Assembly: GCA_963546395.1 (NCBI GenBank)
Contig: CAUUMS010000002.1
Coordinates: 12,585-76,584 of the forward strand
Direction: 5' to 3'
DNA from: an uncultured Bacteroidia bacterium
Lineage (GTDB): Bacteria; Bacteroidota; Bacteroidia; Bacteroidales; CAJPTX01
DNA: 64,000 bases
The position numbers and the translations under genes were made by a program. The notes beneath the pieces are model-generated. The model did no database searches. It was not told where the DNA came from and saw only the letters and a list, made by a program, of their open reading frames with translations. Positions 1 to 10,107 of this stretch are shown here, one piece after another (the stretch's first letter is position 1; the number at the start of each line of letters is the position of its first letter).

Positions 1-3000
1 ACGACGAGATAGGGACGGCGGTGAACTACCTCTCCGCGGGGCGGGTGCGCCATGAGCCGCTGCTTTCGGTGCTCAACCTCGACAACCTGAATCCGCAGGG
101 GAACACGGGGCCCGATGGGGTGTTCGACTTCATTGAGGGGGTAACGATCCTCTCGGCCTCGGGGCGGATTATCTTCCCGGAGGTAGAGCCATTCGGTCGC
201 TACCTGGCGGCGAAGATTGGGGATCCGGCCGTGGCTAGTCAGATTGTCTACCCAGAGCTGTATGACTCCACGCTGTCGAGGGCGCAGCAGTCGGCTGAGA
301 AGAATCGCTTTTTGCTCCGGGGCGAGTACCGAGCTAGCAGCAACTCTGAGATTCCGCTCAATGCGCCGAATGTGCCCAAGGGCTCGGTGGTGGTGACGGC
401 GGGCGGTAAGCGCCTGGTGGAGAACGTGGACTACGTGGTGGATTACCTGCTGGGGACGGTGCGGATTATCAACCAGGGGCTGCTGGAGTCGGGGACACCG
501 ATTAAGATTTCGCTCGAGAGCAACCTAGGGGTCGATTTCCAGACTAAGACGCTAATCGGGACGCACCTTAACTATGCGTTCAATGACCGGTTCAATATCG
601 GGGGTACGGTGCTGAATCTGACAGAGCGGCCGCTCACGAAGAAGGTGAGCTATGGGAATGAGGCGATGTCTAATACCATCTGGGGGCTTAACCTGTCGTA
701 TGAGGAGGAGCTGCCGTGGCTGACGCGGGCAATAGACTTTTTGCCGCTGATAGAGACGAAGGAGAAGTCGGCCGTGACGTTCGAGGCTGAGATGGCGCAC
801 TTTATCCCGGGCCAGTCGGGCCATCTGGACAAGCGCGCCTCGGTGTACCTGGATGACTTCGAGGCTAGCAAGTCGACGATAGATCTACGCATGTGGAGTG
901 CCTGGAGCATCGCCAGCACGCCGCAAGGACAGCCGACACTCTTCGCGGAGGGCGATCTGGTGAATGACCTGCGCTACGGCATGGGTCGTGCCCGATTTGC
1001 CTGGTATACCATCGATCCGCTGTTCGTGCGGAATTCGTCGTTGACACCACCCCACATTCGGAATAACCCCGATGCGCAGAGTAGCCACTTTGTGAGGGAG
1101 GTGGAGGAGCAGGAGATATTCCCCAATCGCCAGACGGCGCAGGGGCTACCCACGACGGTACCGGTGCTCAACGTGGCTTACTACCCGACAGAGCGCGGGC
1201 CCTACAACTACGATGTGGATGGGGCTTTGGCCGATGGTAGCTTGTCGCACCCGGAGAAGCGCTGGGGGGGGATGATGCGCGCGCTGCCGCTGACAGACTT
1301 CGAGGGCTCGAATATAGAGTACATCGAGTTTTGGATGATGGATCCCTTCGTGGAGGGAGCCACGGGAGGCGGTGATTTGTATTTCAACCTGGGGAATATC
1401 TCAGAGGACATTCTGCGTGATGGTCGCAAGTCGTTTGAGAATGGGCTCCCGGGGAATGGTGGTTCCGAGGGGGTAGAGACCACGGTGTGGGGGCGTGTGC
1501 CCACGGTGCAGTCATCGGTGATGGCCTTTGACAACAACCAGGCTACGCGTGCGAGGCAGGACGTGGGGCTGGACGGTCTGTCAGATGAGCTGGAGCGTTC
1601 GTTCCATGCGGACTTTGTGCAGCGCACGGAGGTGAAGTTCGGGGCCGATTCGGAGGCTGCCCGCCTGGCTCGTCAGGATCCGTCGTCTGACGACTATCGC
1701 TACTTCCGTTCCACGGCTTGGGATGAGCAGGCGACGGGCATTCTGGATCGCTACAAGTATTTCAACAACACCGATGGGAATAGCCCCACGCCCGAGCAGT
1801 CGAAGGAGAGCTACCCTACGCTGGCCACGACGCTACCCGATGTGGAGGACTTGAACCGGGACAACACGCTGAGCGATAACGAGAGCTACTACCAGTATAA
1901 GGTTTCCATTCGCCCGGGCGATTTGCAGGTGGGCTCCAATTATGTGACAGATAAGGTGGTGGCGCGAGCCAAGCTGGCTAACGGCAGGGAGTCGGATGTG
2001 GCGTGGTATCAGTTCAAGATTCCTGTTCGTGAGTATTCGCAGCGCGTGGGGCATATACAGGATTTCAAGTCCGTGCGTTTCATTCGTATGTTCCTGCGCA
2101 GCTTTAGCCAGCCGGTGGTGCTACGTTTCGCCACGCTTGGGTTGGTGCGAGGCGAGTGGCGACGTTACGATCGCTCCCTACTCGACCCGCAGGAGCAGCT
2201 GGGCGGTGGGGCTAACGCGGCTACGACGTTCGAGGTGTCGGCGGTGAACATAGAGGAGAACAATGCGCGCACACCGGTCAACTACGTCCTGCCCCCCAAC
2301 GTGACGCGGGAGATAGACGCTAGTCAGGCCGTGGAGAATGAGCTCAACGAGCAGTCCATGGAGCTCAAGGTGCTCGACCTGGCCGACGGGGATGCACGGG
2401 CTGCGTACCGATCGGTGGGTTACGACCTGCGGCAGTATAAGAAGCTGGCACTCGATGTGCATGCTGAGGCTGTGCCGGGGCACTCGCTGGCTGACGGGGA
2501 GCTGAGGCTGTTCTTGCGACTGGGAACCGATTACACGAACAGCTATTACGAGTACGAGGTTCCGCTGCGGCTTACGGCACCCGGGTTTTACAGCAACAAT
2601 AGCCAGGCCGATAGGCGGGAGGTGTGGCCTGCGGAGAATGCGTTGGATATAGACCTCTCCATTTTCCGGAAGGCTAAGCTAGCGCGCGATGATGCTGCTA
2701 GGGGCAGCGGCGGTCGCATCACGGCGAGGACACCCTACACGATGTCGGATGGGGATCGGAATGTCATTGTGCTCGGGTACCCCAATCTGGCCGATGTGCG
2801 GGTGCTTATGATAGGTATTCGCAACCCGCGTAAGCGCGATCCGAATGACGATGGCCTTGCCAAGTCGGCGGTGGTGTGGGTGAATGAGCTACGCCTGGCA
2901 CGTATTGCCGACCATGGTGGCTGGGCGGCATTGGCCTCGATGAATGTGAAGATGGCCGACTTCGGTTTGCTCACGCTCTCGGGTCGCATGGAGACTCCAG

Positions 3001-5774
3001 GCTTCGGGGCACTCGAGAGCCGGGTGAACAATCGGGCCAAGGAGACGACGTATCAGTACGATGCGAGTAGCACGCTGGAGTTAGGCAGGTTCTTTCCCAA
3101 GAAGTGGGAGGTTAGCATCCCGATGTTCGTGGGCTACGGCGAGACGTTTGCCAATCCGGAGTATAATCCCCTTGACCCAGATGTGCCATTCAAGGAGGCC
3201 CTGGAGCATATGCCCAACGCCTCGGCGCGCGACTCTTTGCGGCGCATAGCCCAGGACTACACCCGGCGGCGCAGCATCAACTTCACGAACGTGAGGGTGA
3301 ATAAGGTCTCACGTAACCCGATGATATGGGATCCGGCTAACTTCTCACTCTCCTACTCCTACAGCGAGGTGAACGTGCGGAACGTGAAGACGGAGTATCG
3401 CAATCAGATCAATCACCGGGGGGCATTTGCCTATGCGTACAACGCCAGGCCAAAGAGCGTGGAGCCGCTACGCAAAGTGAAGTGGCTCTCAAGTCCGTAC
3501 CTGGCATTGATCCGTGATTTCAATTTTACCTACCTGCCCAAGCAGCTGTCATTCCGCACGGAGATTACCCGGAGTTATCTGGAGCAGCGGCTACGCAATA
3601 TCAATAGCCCGAAGTTGCAGATGCGGCCTACCTATGCCAAGGGCTTCAACTGGCTGCGTAACTACGGCGTGAACTGGGATATCACGCAGAACCTACGTTT
3701 TGACTTCACGGCCAGCAATGTGGCAGTGATCGATGAGCCCGAGGGGCCAGTGGATCGCAATCTCGACCGGGATCTCTACTACCAGTGGCGCGATTCGGTG
3801 TGGCGAGGAGTAAGGCATTTTGGTCGCACTACGCAGTACACCCACAGGGCTGGGCTATCGTATAATCTCCCACTGAGCAAGATTCCGTTCCTGGCGTGGC
3901 TGAGTGCCAGCGCATCGTATAATACCGATTACCGTTGGGATGCAGCTCCTCGGTTGGCTGATACTGTGCGGGTGGTAGTGGGGAATAAGGTGCAGAACGC
4001 AGCAGCGCTCAACGTGACGGCCCAGGCGAATCTGGTGTCGCTCTACTCGAAGATTGGCTATCTGCAACGGGTGAATCAGAATTTTGACCGTCTGGCCAAT
4101 GGCCAATCGTTGCATCAGAAGCAGGAGTTTAGGGATGTTCGCTACGAGCGGGATCGCTTCACCCTGTCGGCAGGCCGCCCACGTACGGTATCCCACTCGC
4201 TCGGCATTGAGGATGTGCGCGTGAAGCTCTTTGACGATCGGGGAGGCGAGGTGCCCTGCCAGGTAGAAGTGCTCAGCGATTCGAAGGTTAGGGTCACATC
4301 TGACGTTGAGGTGCGACGGGGACGCATCGAGGTGACGGGTAAGAAGCCAAAGTCGGACTTCTCGCCTCAGCTCGTGCTGGATGGTGTGCTGCGGGCCCTG
4401 ATGGGGATCCGTAATGTGTCGGCCACCTATGTGCGCAATGACGGTACATTCGTGCCAGGGTACTTGCCAGGCACGAAGCTACTCGGTCTCTCTAGCCTCT
4501 CTGGTAATCCTGCGCCCGGATTTCCATTCATCGCAGGGATTCAGGACCCCGATTTCCCGTGGAGGGCTATTCGGAACGGTTGGCTGGTGGGAGGCTCTGC
4601 CCAGAACGAGGCGTTTAAGATGACCAATAGCACCACCTACAGCTATCGGATATCGGTGGAGCCATTCCCATTTGCACGCTTGGATATCACGGGTACGAGA
4701 ACCTATGCACGCAATCGCACGGAATTCTACCAACAGGTGGCTGGAGGCGACTTCAGGGTGTTGAACCAGGCCGTGAATGGTAATCTGTCCATCACCACGG
4801 TGATGATATCCAGTGCATTCCAGAGCATTTCAAGCCGGAATGGTTATCGCTCTAAGGCCTTCGATCAGTTTGCGGCGAATCGGGCGGTGATAGCACGCCG
4901 ACTGGCCCAGAAACGTGCACAAGGAGGCCAGTACACGCCCACGCCGAAGGCAACGGATCCCGATTACCCCGACGGCTACGGATCGCTAGCGCAGGATGTG
5001 CTGATTCCTGCCCTAGTAGCCGCCTACACAGGGCAAGACGCTGAGAAGGTATCGCTGAATCTGTTCCCAAAGATCCCGCTACCCAACTGGCAATTCACCT
5101 ACGATGGGCTGTCACGCATAGCCGCATTCAAGAATGTGTTGCGGCAGCTGTCATTGCGCCACGGTTACAGGGCGACCTACGTGGTGGGTTCCTACGCCTC
5201 TAATGACCTTTACAGCGAGGGGGGAGATGGTTTCTCCTACGTGCGCAATCTGCAAAATGACTTCCTGCCTAAGTACCAGCTTGGTAATGTGACGTTAGCG
5301 GAGCAGTTTAGCCCGCTGGTGGGCGTGGATATGGCATGGGTGAATTCGCTAACCACTAAGTTTGAGGTGCGTAAGAATCGGTCGCTGAGCCTAAGTCTGG
5401 CCAACAACCAGCTCGTGGATATGGACAGCTGGGAGTACGTGATAGGGGGAGGTTACCGCATTGAGAACCTGCCGCTGCTCTTTAAGAGCCAGCTAGGGGG
5501 GCAGCGCGTCGTAAAGAGCGATCTGCGCCTACAGGCCGATTTTGGCATTCGCAAGACGAGTACCATCTTGCGGCGACTGGCTGAAGGCTCCAATCAGCCT
5601 ACGGCCGGGCAGTGGTCGTATACCATCAAGCTCTCGGCCGATTACATGATCACCGAGCAGATTACGGTGAGAGCCTTCTTTGATAGGATGGTGAACAAGC
5701 CGCTCGTATCCCTGAGTTTCCCCACGGCTAATACTAGCTTTGGTTTCAGCGTGCGCTTTACGCTTGACCAGTAA
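1..5774 (+). CDS. sprA: T9SS translocon / gliding protein SprA (Sov family), C-terminal ~1917 aa; the 5' end lies upstream of the window
   Basis: The frame is open from base 1 (no stop before the listed GTG at 21) to TAA at 5772-5774. Its huge size, beta-rich composition, the YYPTERGPYNYD-type motif and the terminal SFGFSVRFTL strand fit my recollection of SprA/Sov. Confidence 0.85.
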   Translation, partial: DEIGTAVNYLSAGRVRHEPLLSVLNLDNLNPQGNTGPDGVFDFIEGVTILSASGRIIFPEVEPFGRYLAAKIGDPAVASQIVYPELYDSTLSRAQQSAEKNRFLLRGEYRASSNSEIPLNAPNVPKGSVVVTAGGKRLVENVDYVVDYLLGTVRIINQGLLESGTPIKISLESNLGVDFQTKTLIGTHLNYAFNDRFNIGGTVLNLTERPLTKKVSYGNEAMSNTIWGLNLSYEEELPWLTRAIDFLPLIETKEKSAVTFEAEMAHFIPGQSGHLDKRASVYLDDFEASKSTIDLRMWSAWSIASTPQGQPTLFAEGDLVNDLRYGMGRARFAWYTIDPLFVRNSSLTPPHIRNNPDAQSSHFVREVEEQEIFPNRQTAQGLPTTVPVLNVAYYPTERGPYNYDVDGALADGSLSHPEKRWGGMMRALPLTDFEGSNIEYIEFWMMDPFVEGATGGGDLYFNLGNISEDILRDGRKSFENGLPGNGGSEGVETTVWGRVPTVQSSVMAFDNNQATRARQDVGLDGLSDELERSFHADFVQRTEVKFGADSEAARLARQDPSSDDYRYFRSTAWDEQATGILDRYKYFNNTDGNSPTPEQSKESYPTLATTLPDVEDLNRDNTLSDNESYYQYKVSIRPGDLQVGSNYVTDKVVARAKLANGRESDVAWYQFKIPVREYSQRVGHIQDFKSVRFIRMFLRSFSQPVVLRFATLGLVRGEWRRYDRSLLDPQEQLGGGANAATTFEVSAVNIEENNARTPVNYVLPPNVTREIDASQAVENELNEQSMELKVLDLADGDARAAYRSVGYDLRQYKKLALDVHAEAVPGHSLADGELRLFLRLGTDYTNSYYEYEVPLRLTAPGFYSNNSQADRREVWPAENALDIDLSIFRKAKLARDDAARGSGGRITARTPYTMSDGDRNVIVLGYPNLADVRVLMIGIRNPRKRDPNDDGLAKSAVVWVNELRLARIADHGGWAALASMNVKMADFGLLTLSGRMETPGFGALESRVNNRAKETTYQYDASSTLELGRFFPKKWEVSIPMFVGYGETFANPEYNPLDPDVPFKEALEHMPNASARDSLRRIAQDYTRRRSINFTNVRVNKVSRNPMIWDPANFSLSYSYSEVNVRNVKTEYRNQINHRGAFAYAYNARPKSVEPLRKVKWLSSPYLALIRDFNFTYLPKQLSFRTEITRSYLEQRLRNINSPKLQMRPTYAKGFNWLRNYGVNWDITQNLRFDFTASNVAVIDEPEGPVDRNLDRDLYYQWRDSVWRGVRHFGRTTQYTHRAGLSYNLPLSKIPFLAWLSASASYNTDYRWDAAPRLADTVRVVVGNKVQNAAALNVTAQANLVSLYSKIGYLQRVNQNFDRLANGQSLHQKQEFRDVRYERDRFTLSAGRPRTVSHSLGIEDVRVKLFDDRGGEVPCQVEVLSDSKVRVTSDVEVRRGRIEVTGKKPKSDFSPQLVLDGVLRALMGIRNVSATYVRNDGTFVPGYLPGTKLLGLSSLSGNPAPGFPFIAGIQDPDFPWRAIRNGWLVGGSAQNEAFKMTNSTTYSYRISVEPFPFARLDITGTRTYARNRTEFYQQVAGGDFRVLNQAVNGNLSITTVMISSAFQSISSRNGYRSKAFDQFAANRAVIARRLAQKRAQGGQYTPTPKATDPDYPDGYGSLAQDVLIPALVAAYTGQDAEKVSLNLFPKIPLPNWQFTYDGLSRIAAFKNVLRQLSLRHGYRATYVVGSYASNDLYSEGGDGFSYVRNLQNDFLPKYQLGNVTLAEQFSPLVGVDMAWVNSLTTKFEVRKNRSLSLSLANNQLVDMDSWEYVIGGGYRIENLPLLFKSQLGGQRVVKSDLRLQADFGIRKTSTILRRLAEGSNQPTAGQWSYTIKLSADYMITEQITVRAFFDRMVNKPLVSLSFPTANTSFGFSVRFTLDQ

Positions 5775-5798
5775 TGCGCCTGCAAGTAGCACCCGATC

Positions 5799-6290
5799 AT
5801 GAGCTCTATACAGTTTAACTACTTCGCAGACGTTCAGGGCGAATTGATCATCAGGGAAGAGATTCTGCGTGCCTTCCAGGAGCTCCGTATCTCGGACTAC
5901 TTTGGGCAACGAATTTCCGTCATCGATAGGGTGAGTGATTTTGTGTCGCTCGGTGGTGGACGCACGCTGCTCATCGATGCTGAAGGGCGGGTAATTGTGA
6001 AGGGGTCAAATAAGCATGTGAGCGTGTACGAGAACCCCATCATGGAGTATATGCCCTCAATGATCCGGGAGGGGAACGTCTACGTGGAGGGCCGCATTGC
6101 CTACTTTGCTGGGTATGCCTTCCCGGAATTCAGGAAGAAGGTACAGGCACTATTCCGGAAGTTGAAGAAGTGCTGCTGGTGGGATAAGTATTGGCGTTAC
6201 TGGGTGTTTGAATCCATAGGGAATGAGGCCACCGTATTTATCCCCAATCGCCTTGAGCATGTATCCAGGTTCAGAGAGGCTGAGGGCTAG
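5799..6290 (+). CDS. hypothetical protein, 163 aa; first ORF of the small-gene array (candidate immunity protein)
   Basis: ATG-initiated ORF 25 bp after the sprA stop, with no competing long frame. I recognise no family. Confidence 0.5.
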   Translation: MSSIQFNYFADVQGELIIREEILRAFQELRISDYFGQRISVIDRVSDFVSLGGGRTLLIDAEGRVIVKGSNKHVSVYENPIMEYMPSMIREGNVYVEGRIAYFAGYAFPEFRKKVQALFRKLKKCCWWDKYWRYWVFESIGNEATVFIPNRLEHVSRFREAEG

Positions 6291-6307
6291 GGGTTGTTCA
6301 TGATGCT

Positions 6308-6661
6308 ATGATGGCTGAGGATATTGCCGAGGGGTATGCAGCCCTGGTGACAAGGTGTGAGGCACTAGATTATTCGGATCTCGAGGCCACATTCGAGTTT
6401 GCCGATCGGGAGCTATCGCAGATATCGTTGGAGTTGGCCCTGATAGTGATGATCAACGTAGTGATGAGAGCACCTCGCTACTTCGACGAGTATATTTGGG
6501 ATCACTGCTGCATTGTCATTGATGCAGTGGGGAGTCCCAGCACGTATGGCTATCTCCGATCTAAGCACGCTGAATGCGATGACCATAGAATCAGAAGGCG
6601 ATTAGAAGCCCTGTGCGCAATCCTGGAGAGAAAGTACCCTCATCTCTCTGGAGTACAGTAG
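6308..6661 (+). CDS. hypothetical protein, 117 aa, predicted helical
   Basis: ORF packed 18 bp after the previous gene on the same strand. No family recognised. Confidence 0.45.
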   Translation: MMAEDIAEGYAALVTRCEALDYSDLEATFEFADRELSQISLELALIVMINVVMRAPRYFDEYIWDHCCIVIDAVGSPSTYGYLRSKHAECDDHRIRRRLEALCAILERKYPHLSGVQ

Positions 6662-6703
6662 TCATGGGATGGCTGTCTGTGGATGGCGTGCGCAATGTGT
6701 TAG

Positions 6704-6988
6704 ATGATGACAGAGGCAGAGCTAGAGGCTATACAGGCCAGGTGTGGAAGGGCCACCGGTGGGCCTTGGGTTTCCTTTGTCGAGGGGAGGGATCACACGA
6801 GCGGATGCGACTTTATACAGACGGACGGCGAGGATATAACCCTTTCGGGTGCTACAGTCGATGATCAGGATTTTATCGCCGCAGCTCGCCAGGATATCCC
6901 TGCGCTCATAGAGGAGATCTATCGCCTTAGAGCTTTGATACATGCTGCGGGGCTAGTAGATCGAGAGCCACGTGCTGAAGGGGCGTAG
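6704..6988 (+). CDS. hypothetical small protein, 94 aa
   Basis: The N-terminal EAIQARCGRATGGPW motif resembles small phage/island proteins that carry a PGPW motif. It is tightly followed by the next ORF (2-bp gap). Confidence 0.45.
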   Translation: MMTEAELEAIQARCGRATGGPWVSFVEGRDHTSGCDFIQTDGEDITLSGATVDDQDFIAAARQDIPALIEEIYRLRALIHAAGLVDREPRAEGA

Positions 6989-6990
6989 CA

Positions 6991-7791
6991 ATGTGCAATC
7001 GGTATCCGGCGTTTAGCTTTACGGGCTCTAGCACGGAGTATCAAGTTATAACGCCTGAGAACTCTTCAGTCCTCGCAGGATATATGCGGGACAGGGGCCT
7101 AGGGAGACTGATTGTCACGAGCACTGATGACCCTAGTAGTGGTTGGAATGCTACAGAGTTACCCGATTTGAAGGACTTCACCTTTCTCGAGGAGCTCCTG
7201 ATCTATTGGAGCAATGTGAAGAAGCTTGATGGGATTTATTCCTGTGCCAATTTGAGGGTGCTCTGGCTCGATAACGATGATGTCACAGAGGTATTATTTC
7301 CCCGGTTCCCCCATCTTGAAAAGGTGGTCTCATGGAGACGTAGAGGGATAAGTAGCGTTTGGGATGTGCCCACCCTGAAGGTGCTAACCCTGGCTGGCTT
7401 GAAGGATGGCGATCTCAGGTCGGGTTGTGCCCTAGACACCCTAGAAAAGTTAAGGATACTGAAAAGCTCATTAACCGATCTCTCATTGCTCGCAGGGAAT
7501 CGGCAGATCCTATTTCTTGAGTTGCGAGGCCTTAGCAAGATTGAAGATCTGTCGCAGCTCGGCTCGATGACGCAGCTACGACATTTGAGGATAGAGGCTA
7601 ACAGGGTAAAGGACTTCTCATTCCTCAGAGGGCTTGTAAACCTCGAGAGGCTTTACATCTCAAGCAAGGCCGGCGAGATTTCAGTGGAACAGCTTTCGCA
7701 CCTGAATAAGCTACAGGTAGTGAATCTCTCGGGGAATGTGGCAATGCAGACTGTCAACAGGGCACTACGTGAACGATTACAGCTCTCCTGA
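6991..7791 (+). CDS. leucine-rich repeat (LRR) domain protein, 266 aa, no signal peptide
   Basis: Successive ~22-aa LxxLxLxxN-type repeats: LRVLWLDNDDVTEV, LKVLTLAGLKDGDL, LEKLRILKSSLTDL, LFLELRGLSKIEDL, LRHLRIEANRVKDF, LERLYIS. Confidence 0.7.
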   Translation: MCNRYPAFSFTGSSTEYQVITPENSSVLAGYMRDRGLGRLIVTSTDDPSSGWNATELPDLKDFTFLEELLIYWSNVKKLDGIYSCANLRVLWLDNDDVTEVLFPRFPHLEKVVSWRRRGISSVWDVPTLKVLTLAGLKDGDLRSGCALDTLEKLRILKSSLTDLSLLAGNRQILFLELRGLSKIEDLSQLGSMTQLRHLRIEANRVKDFSFLRGLVNLERLYISSKAGEISVEQLSHLNKLQVVNLSGNVAMQTVNRALRERLQLS

Positions 7792-7908
7792 TCCCCGGAG
7801 CTCGGGTGCGTTCTCAGCGTTACGCTGCGTAAAAGAGTTAGTGGCAGAGAGAACGACTGATTACGGGGTGATGATGGAAGGCTGGTCGGTGTGCCCCAAA
7901 GGCTACAG

Positions 7909-8187
7909 ATGATGGATGCGATTGAGACCTGGATCAGAAGCAACCCCGTCATTTTCGGGAAGGTGATATCAACAGCCTGCCTCGTGTTTGGGCTGCTACT
8001 GATCATCGGGGCTATCAGGGATTGGGATTGGCTCTATGCCCCCGATAAGCACTACCAGAACAACTGGGGCATGGGGCAGATAAGCCGCTACATGGGCCGC
8101 GGCAATGCCCGTGTAACGGGTGCCATTGGCGGGGTGATATTCGTTGCGCTCGGCTGCATCTTAGTCTATGCGGCCTTTTTCAAGTAG
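7909..8187 (+). CDS. small two-TM membrane protein, possibly Imm17-like immunity protein
   Basis: Two hydrophobic helices (VISTACLVFGLLLIIGAI and VTGAIGGVIFVALGCILVYAAFF) flank a DWDW...GRGNARV loop. The architecture matches my recollection of the 2-TM Imm17 family. Confidence 0.5.
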   Translation: MMDAIETWIRSNPVIFGKVISTACLVFGLLLIIGAIRDWDWLYAPDKHYQNNWGMGQISRYMGRGNARVTGAIGGVIFVALGCILVYAAFFK

Positions 8188-8288
8188 CATGCATTAGGCC
8201 GCTTGCACTCATCCTGTAGTGTGTAGCAGCCAACGTGATAGGGCGATTGTAGGCGTAGCTATAGACCCGGCAAATAGCACTTGTGAGT

Positions 8289-8861
8289 ATGAGGTACTAC
8301 AGGGTGACGGGTGAGGATAATGGCCTCTGCTTTTATAGTGATAACGCTGAGCTATTGCGCCATTGTCCTCAGTGCAAGCTCATTGTCAACCGCCAGGAGG
8401 CGGCAATGAGCAGTGTGGACGCATTCACCCTAAGGCGGAGATATAATTTCTCATCCTGCCTAGACGGGGAGGTCGTCGTATCGCAGGTATTCGTGGATGT
8501 ATACAGAAATCACAACCTGCAAGGCCTCTCATTTACCGCATTGCCACGGGCGAAGGGCCTTTACCTGTTAGAGTGCACCACGGAGGTAAAATATGACCTC
8601 AGCAATCCCAATCTGGTTCGCCGTCAATTGTGCCCAACGTGCGGCCAGTATATGGAGGTCTCGTGTGTCTGGCCGCTAAGAGTTCTTGCCGAAGAGCGAC
8701 TAGAGCCTAGCACATTTTACAGAACGGATCTGATCGTTGGTGGCATCGTTGGGCGATGGCCTCTAATCCTAGCCACAGATCCTATTCCTCAAATATTCTG
8801 TGACGAGAGGATGAAGGGTATTTACTTCCGGCTGTGCAATAAAAATGGGGACAGCCTTTAG
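8289..8861 (+). CDS. double-CxxC motif protein, possibly SitI6-like double-CXXCG immunity family
   Basis: The MRYYRV start, CPQCK near the N-terminus and CPTCG about 90 aa later give the size and layout of double-CXXCG proteins. Confidence 0.55.
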   Translation: MRYYRVTGEDNGLCFYSDNAELLRHCPQCKLIVNRQEAAMSSVDAFTLRRRYNFSSCLDGEVVVSQVFVDVYRNHNLQGLSFTALPRAKGLYLLECTTEVKYDLSNPNLVRRQLCPTCGQYMEVSCVWPLRVLAEERLEPSTFYRTDLIVGGIVGRWPLILATDPIPQIFCDERMKGIYFRLCNKNGDSL

Positions 8862-8901
8862 GGCCATGAGGTTAAATGATGGACGCATTCGCCGTTGAGC
8901 T

Positions 8902-9252
8902 ATGGCATCTTCCACTGCCACCAGCTACCACGACGAGGAGCTTACCGGGGTGCAATACGACAGGGAGTATCGTCGCCTTACGTTATCATTTCAGTCAGCA
9001 GAGGAGCTTTGCTTTAGCGATGTCGTTCAATTTGAGCTGAACTTCTTCCCCGATCAGAATGTGCTGTTCAGCATCAATGAGTACGCTCTGGACGATATCC
9101 CTCCGGCCGTGCTCGAGGACTATCCATTCCTGGCAAGCTATAGGCAACACCCTCAGGCGGTGTATATCTACCACGTGATCCCATCAGTTGGACTAGAGGG
9201 AGTTATTGTGACGAGTGGGAGGCCCTCCCTCTGCGCACCCTGCGAGCCTTGA
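8902..9252 (+). CDS. hypothetical protein, 116 aa
   Basis: Same-strand ORF in the array. No family recognised. Confidence 0.45.
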   Translation: MASSTATSYHDEELTGVQYDREYRRLTLSFQSAEELCFSDVVQFELNFFPDQNVLFSINEYALDDIPPAVLEDYPFLASYRQHPQAVYIYHVIPSVGLEGVIVTSGRPSLCAPCEP

Positions 9253-9269
9253 GCAATTGCGCCCCAGCC

Positions 9270-9575
9270 ATGCAGGCACTAGAGCACCGGGTACGAGTCG
9301 ACATCGATAATGATAGGGTCTACGACAGCCATCACGTCAAGCTGTCGAGGGAGGACGAGGTTTTGGACTACTCTGGGGCCATAATCCACCTGCGGGAAGG
9401 GATGCGCATTTATCTTTATACCGTGAACGGTGATGCCGAGTGGCCATTTATACTCGCCGAGGGGGTGGTCGTGAGGAACCCCTACGGTGCCTCAACGTCG
9501 TTTACATGGTGGTGCGAGCTGCAAGGCGACCTCATCTATGTGAACGAGCGTGGCCACCCCTGTGGAAACCATTAA
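9270..9575 (+). CDS. hypothetical protein, ~101 aa
   Basis: In-frame ATG at 9270 within the listed 9249..9575 ORF (which begins at TTG). It follows the previous stop closely. Confidence 0.4.
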   Translation: MQALEHRVRVDIDNDRVYDSHHVKLSREDEVLDYSGAIIHLREGMRIYLYTVNGDAEWPFILAEGVVVRNPYGASTSFTWWCELQGDLIYVNERGHPCGNH

Positions 9576-9771
9576 GCATCTTGCCATTGGTCGAGCTAAT
9601 GGACTCGCAGCAGGTAGACTGGCAGACAGGTTGTAGCTTCGGGCTAAATGGCCCGGTGAATGCCGACGCTGAGCATGAGCCCGTGGCCACAATCTGCGCA
9701 CTGGGCAAGTTCGATTGTAGCCTTTTCGTTGTGGATTCACTCGCTGGACAGTGCTGTAAATCTGGGGCGTG

Positions 9772-10107
9772 ATGGGGATGGCCAAAGGAACGGAGAGGTC
9801 AATCGCCCCTAGCGACGAGTACGTGGCGCTCATCGATGCTGGGAGGTGCAGAACACCTCTCGGCTTCCGAAAGGCTCTGGTAGAGGCCTTTTTCCTACCT
9901 GCTGCCGCCGCAGAAAATCTTAACGACATCAACTGGTACATCTTTTCCCCGTGGCTTGGCTTTGCGAGGATAAGGATGATATTTACCAATAGTGGTGGCC
10001 TACGGAAATGCCCCTATTGGGTGGAGATACAAGCCATCCTGGCACTGTGGAAGGCCGATTGGGAGTCCAAGTCCAAGGCCAATCGACTTACCATCGAAAG
10101 CCGATAG
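9772..10107 (+). CDS. hypothetical protein, ~111 aa; weak barstar-like resemblance
   Basis: Last ORF of the array. The FFLPAAAAENLNDINWYIF segment loosely recalls the barstar F-x-P-x-Y-x-G-x-N-x-D-A motif. This is a weak call. Confidence 0.4.
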   Translation: MGMAKGTERSIAPSDEYVALIDAGRCRTPLGFRKALVEAFFLPAAAAENLNDINWYIFSPWLGFARIRMIFTNSGGLRKCPYWVEIQAILALWKADWESKSKANRLTIESR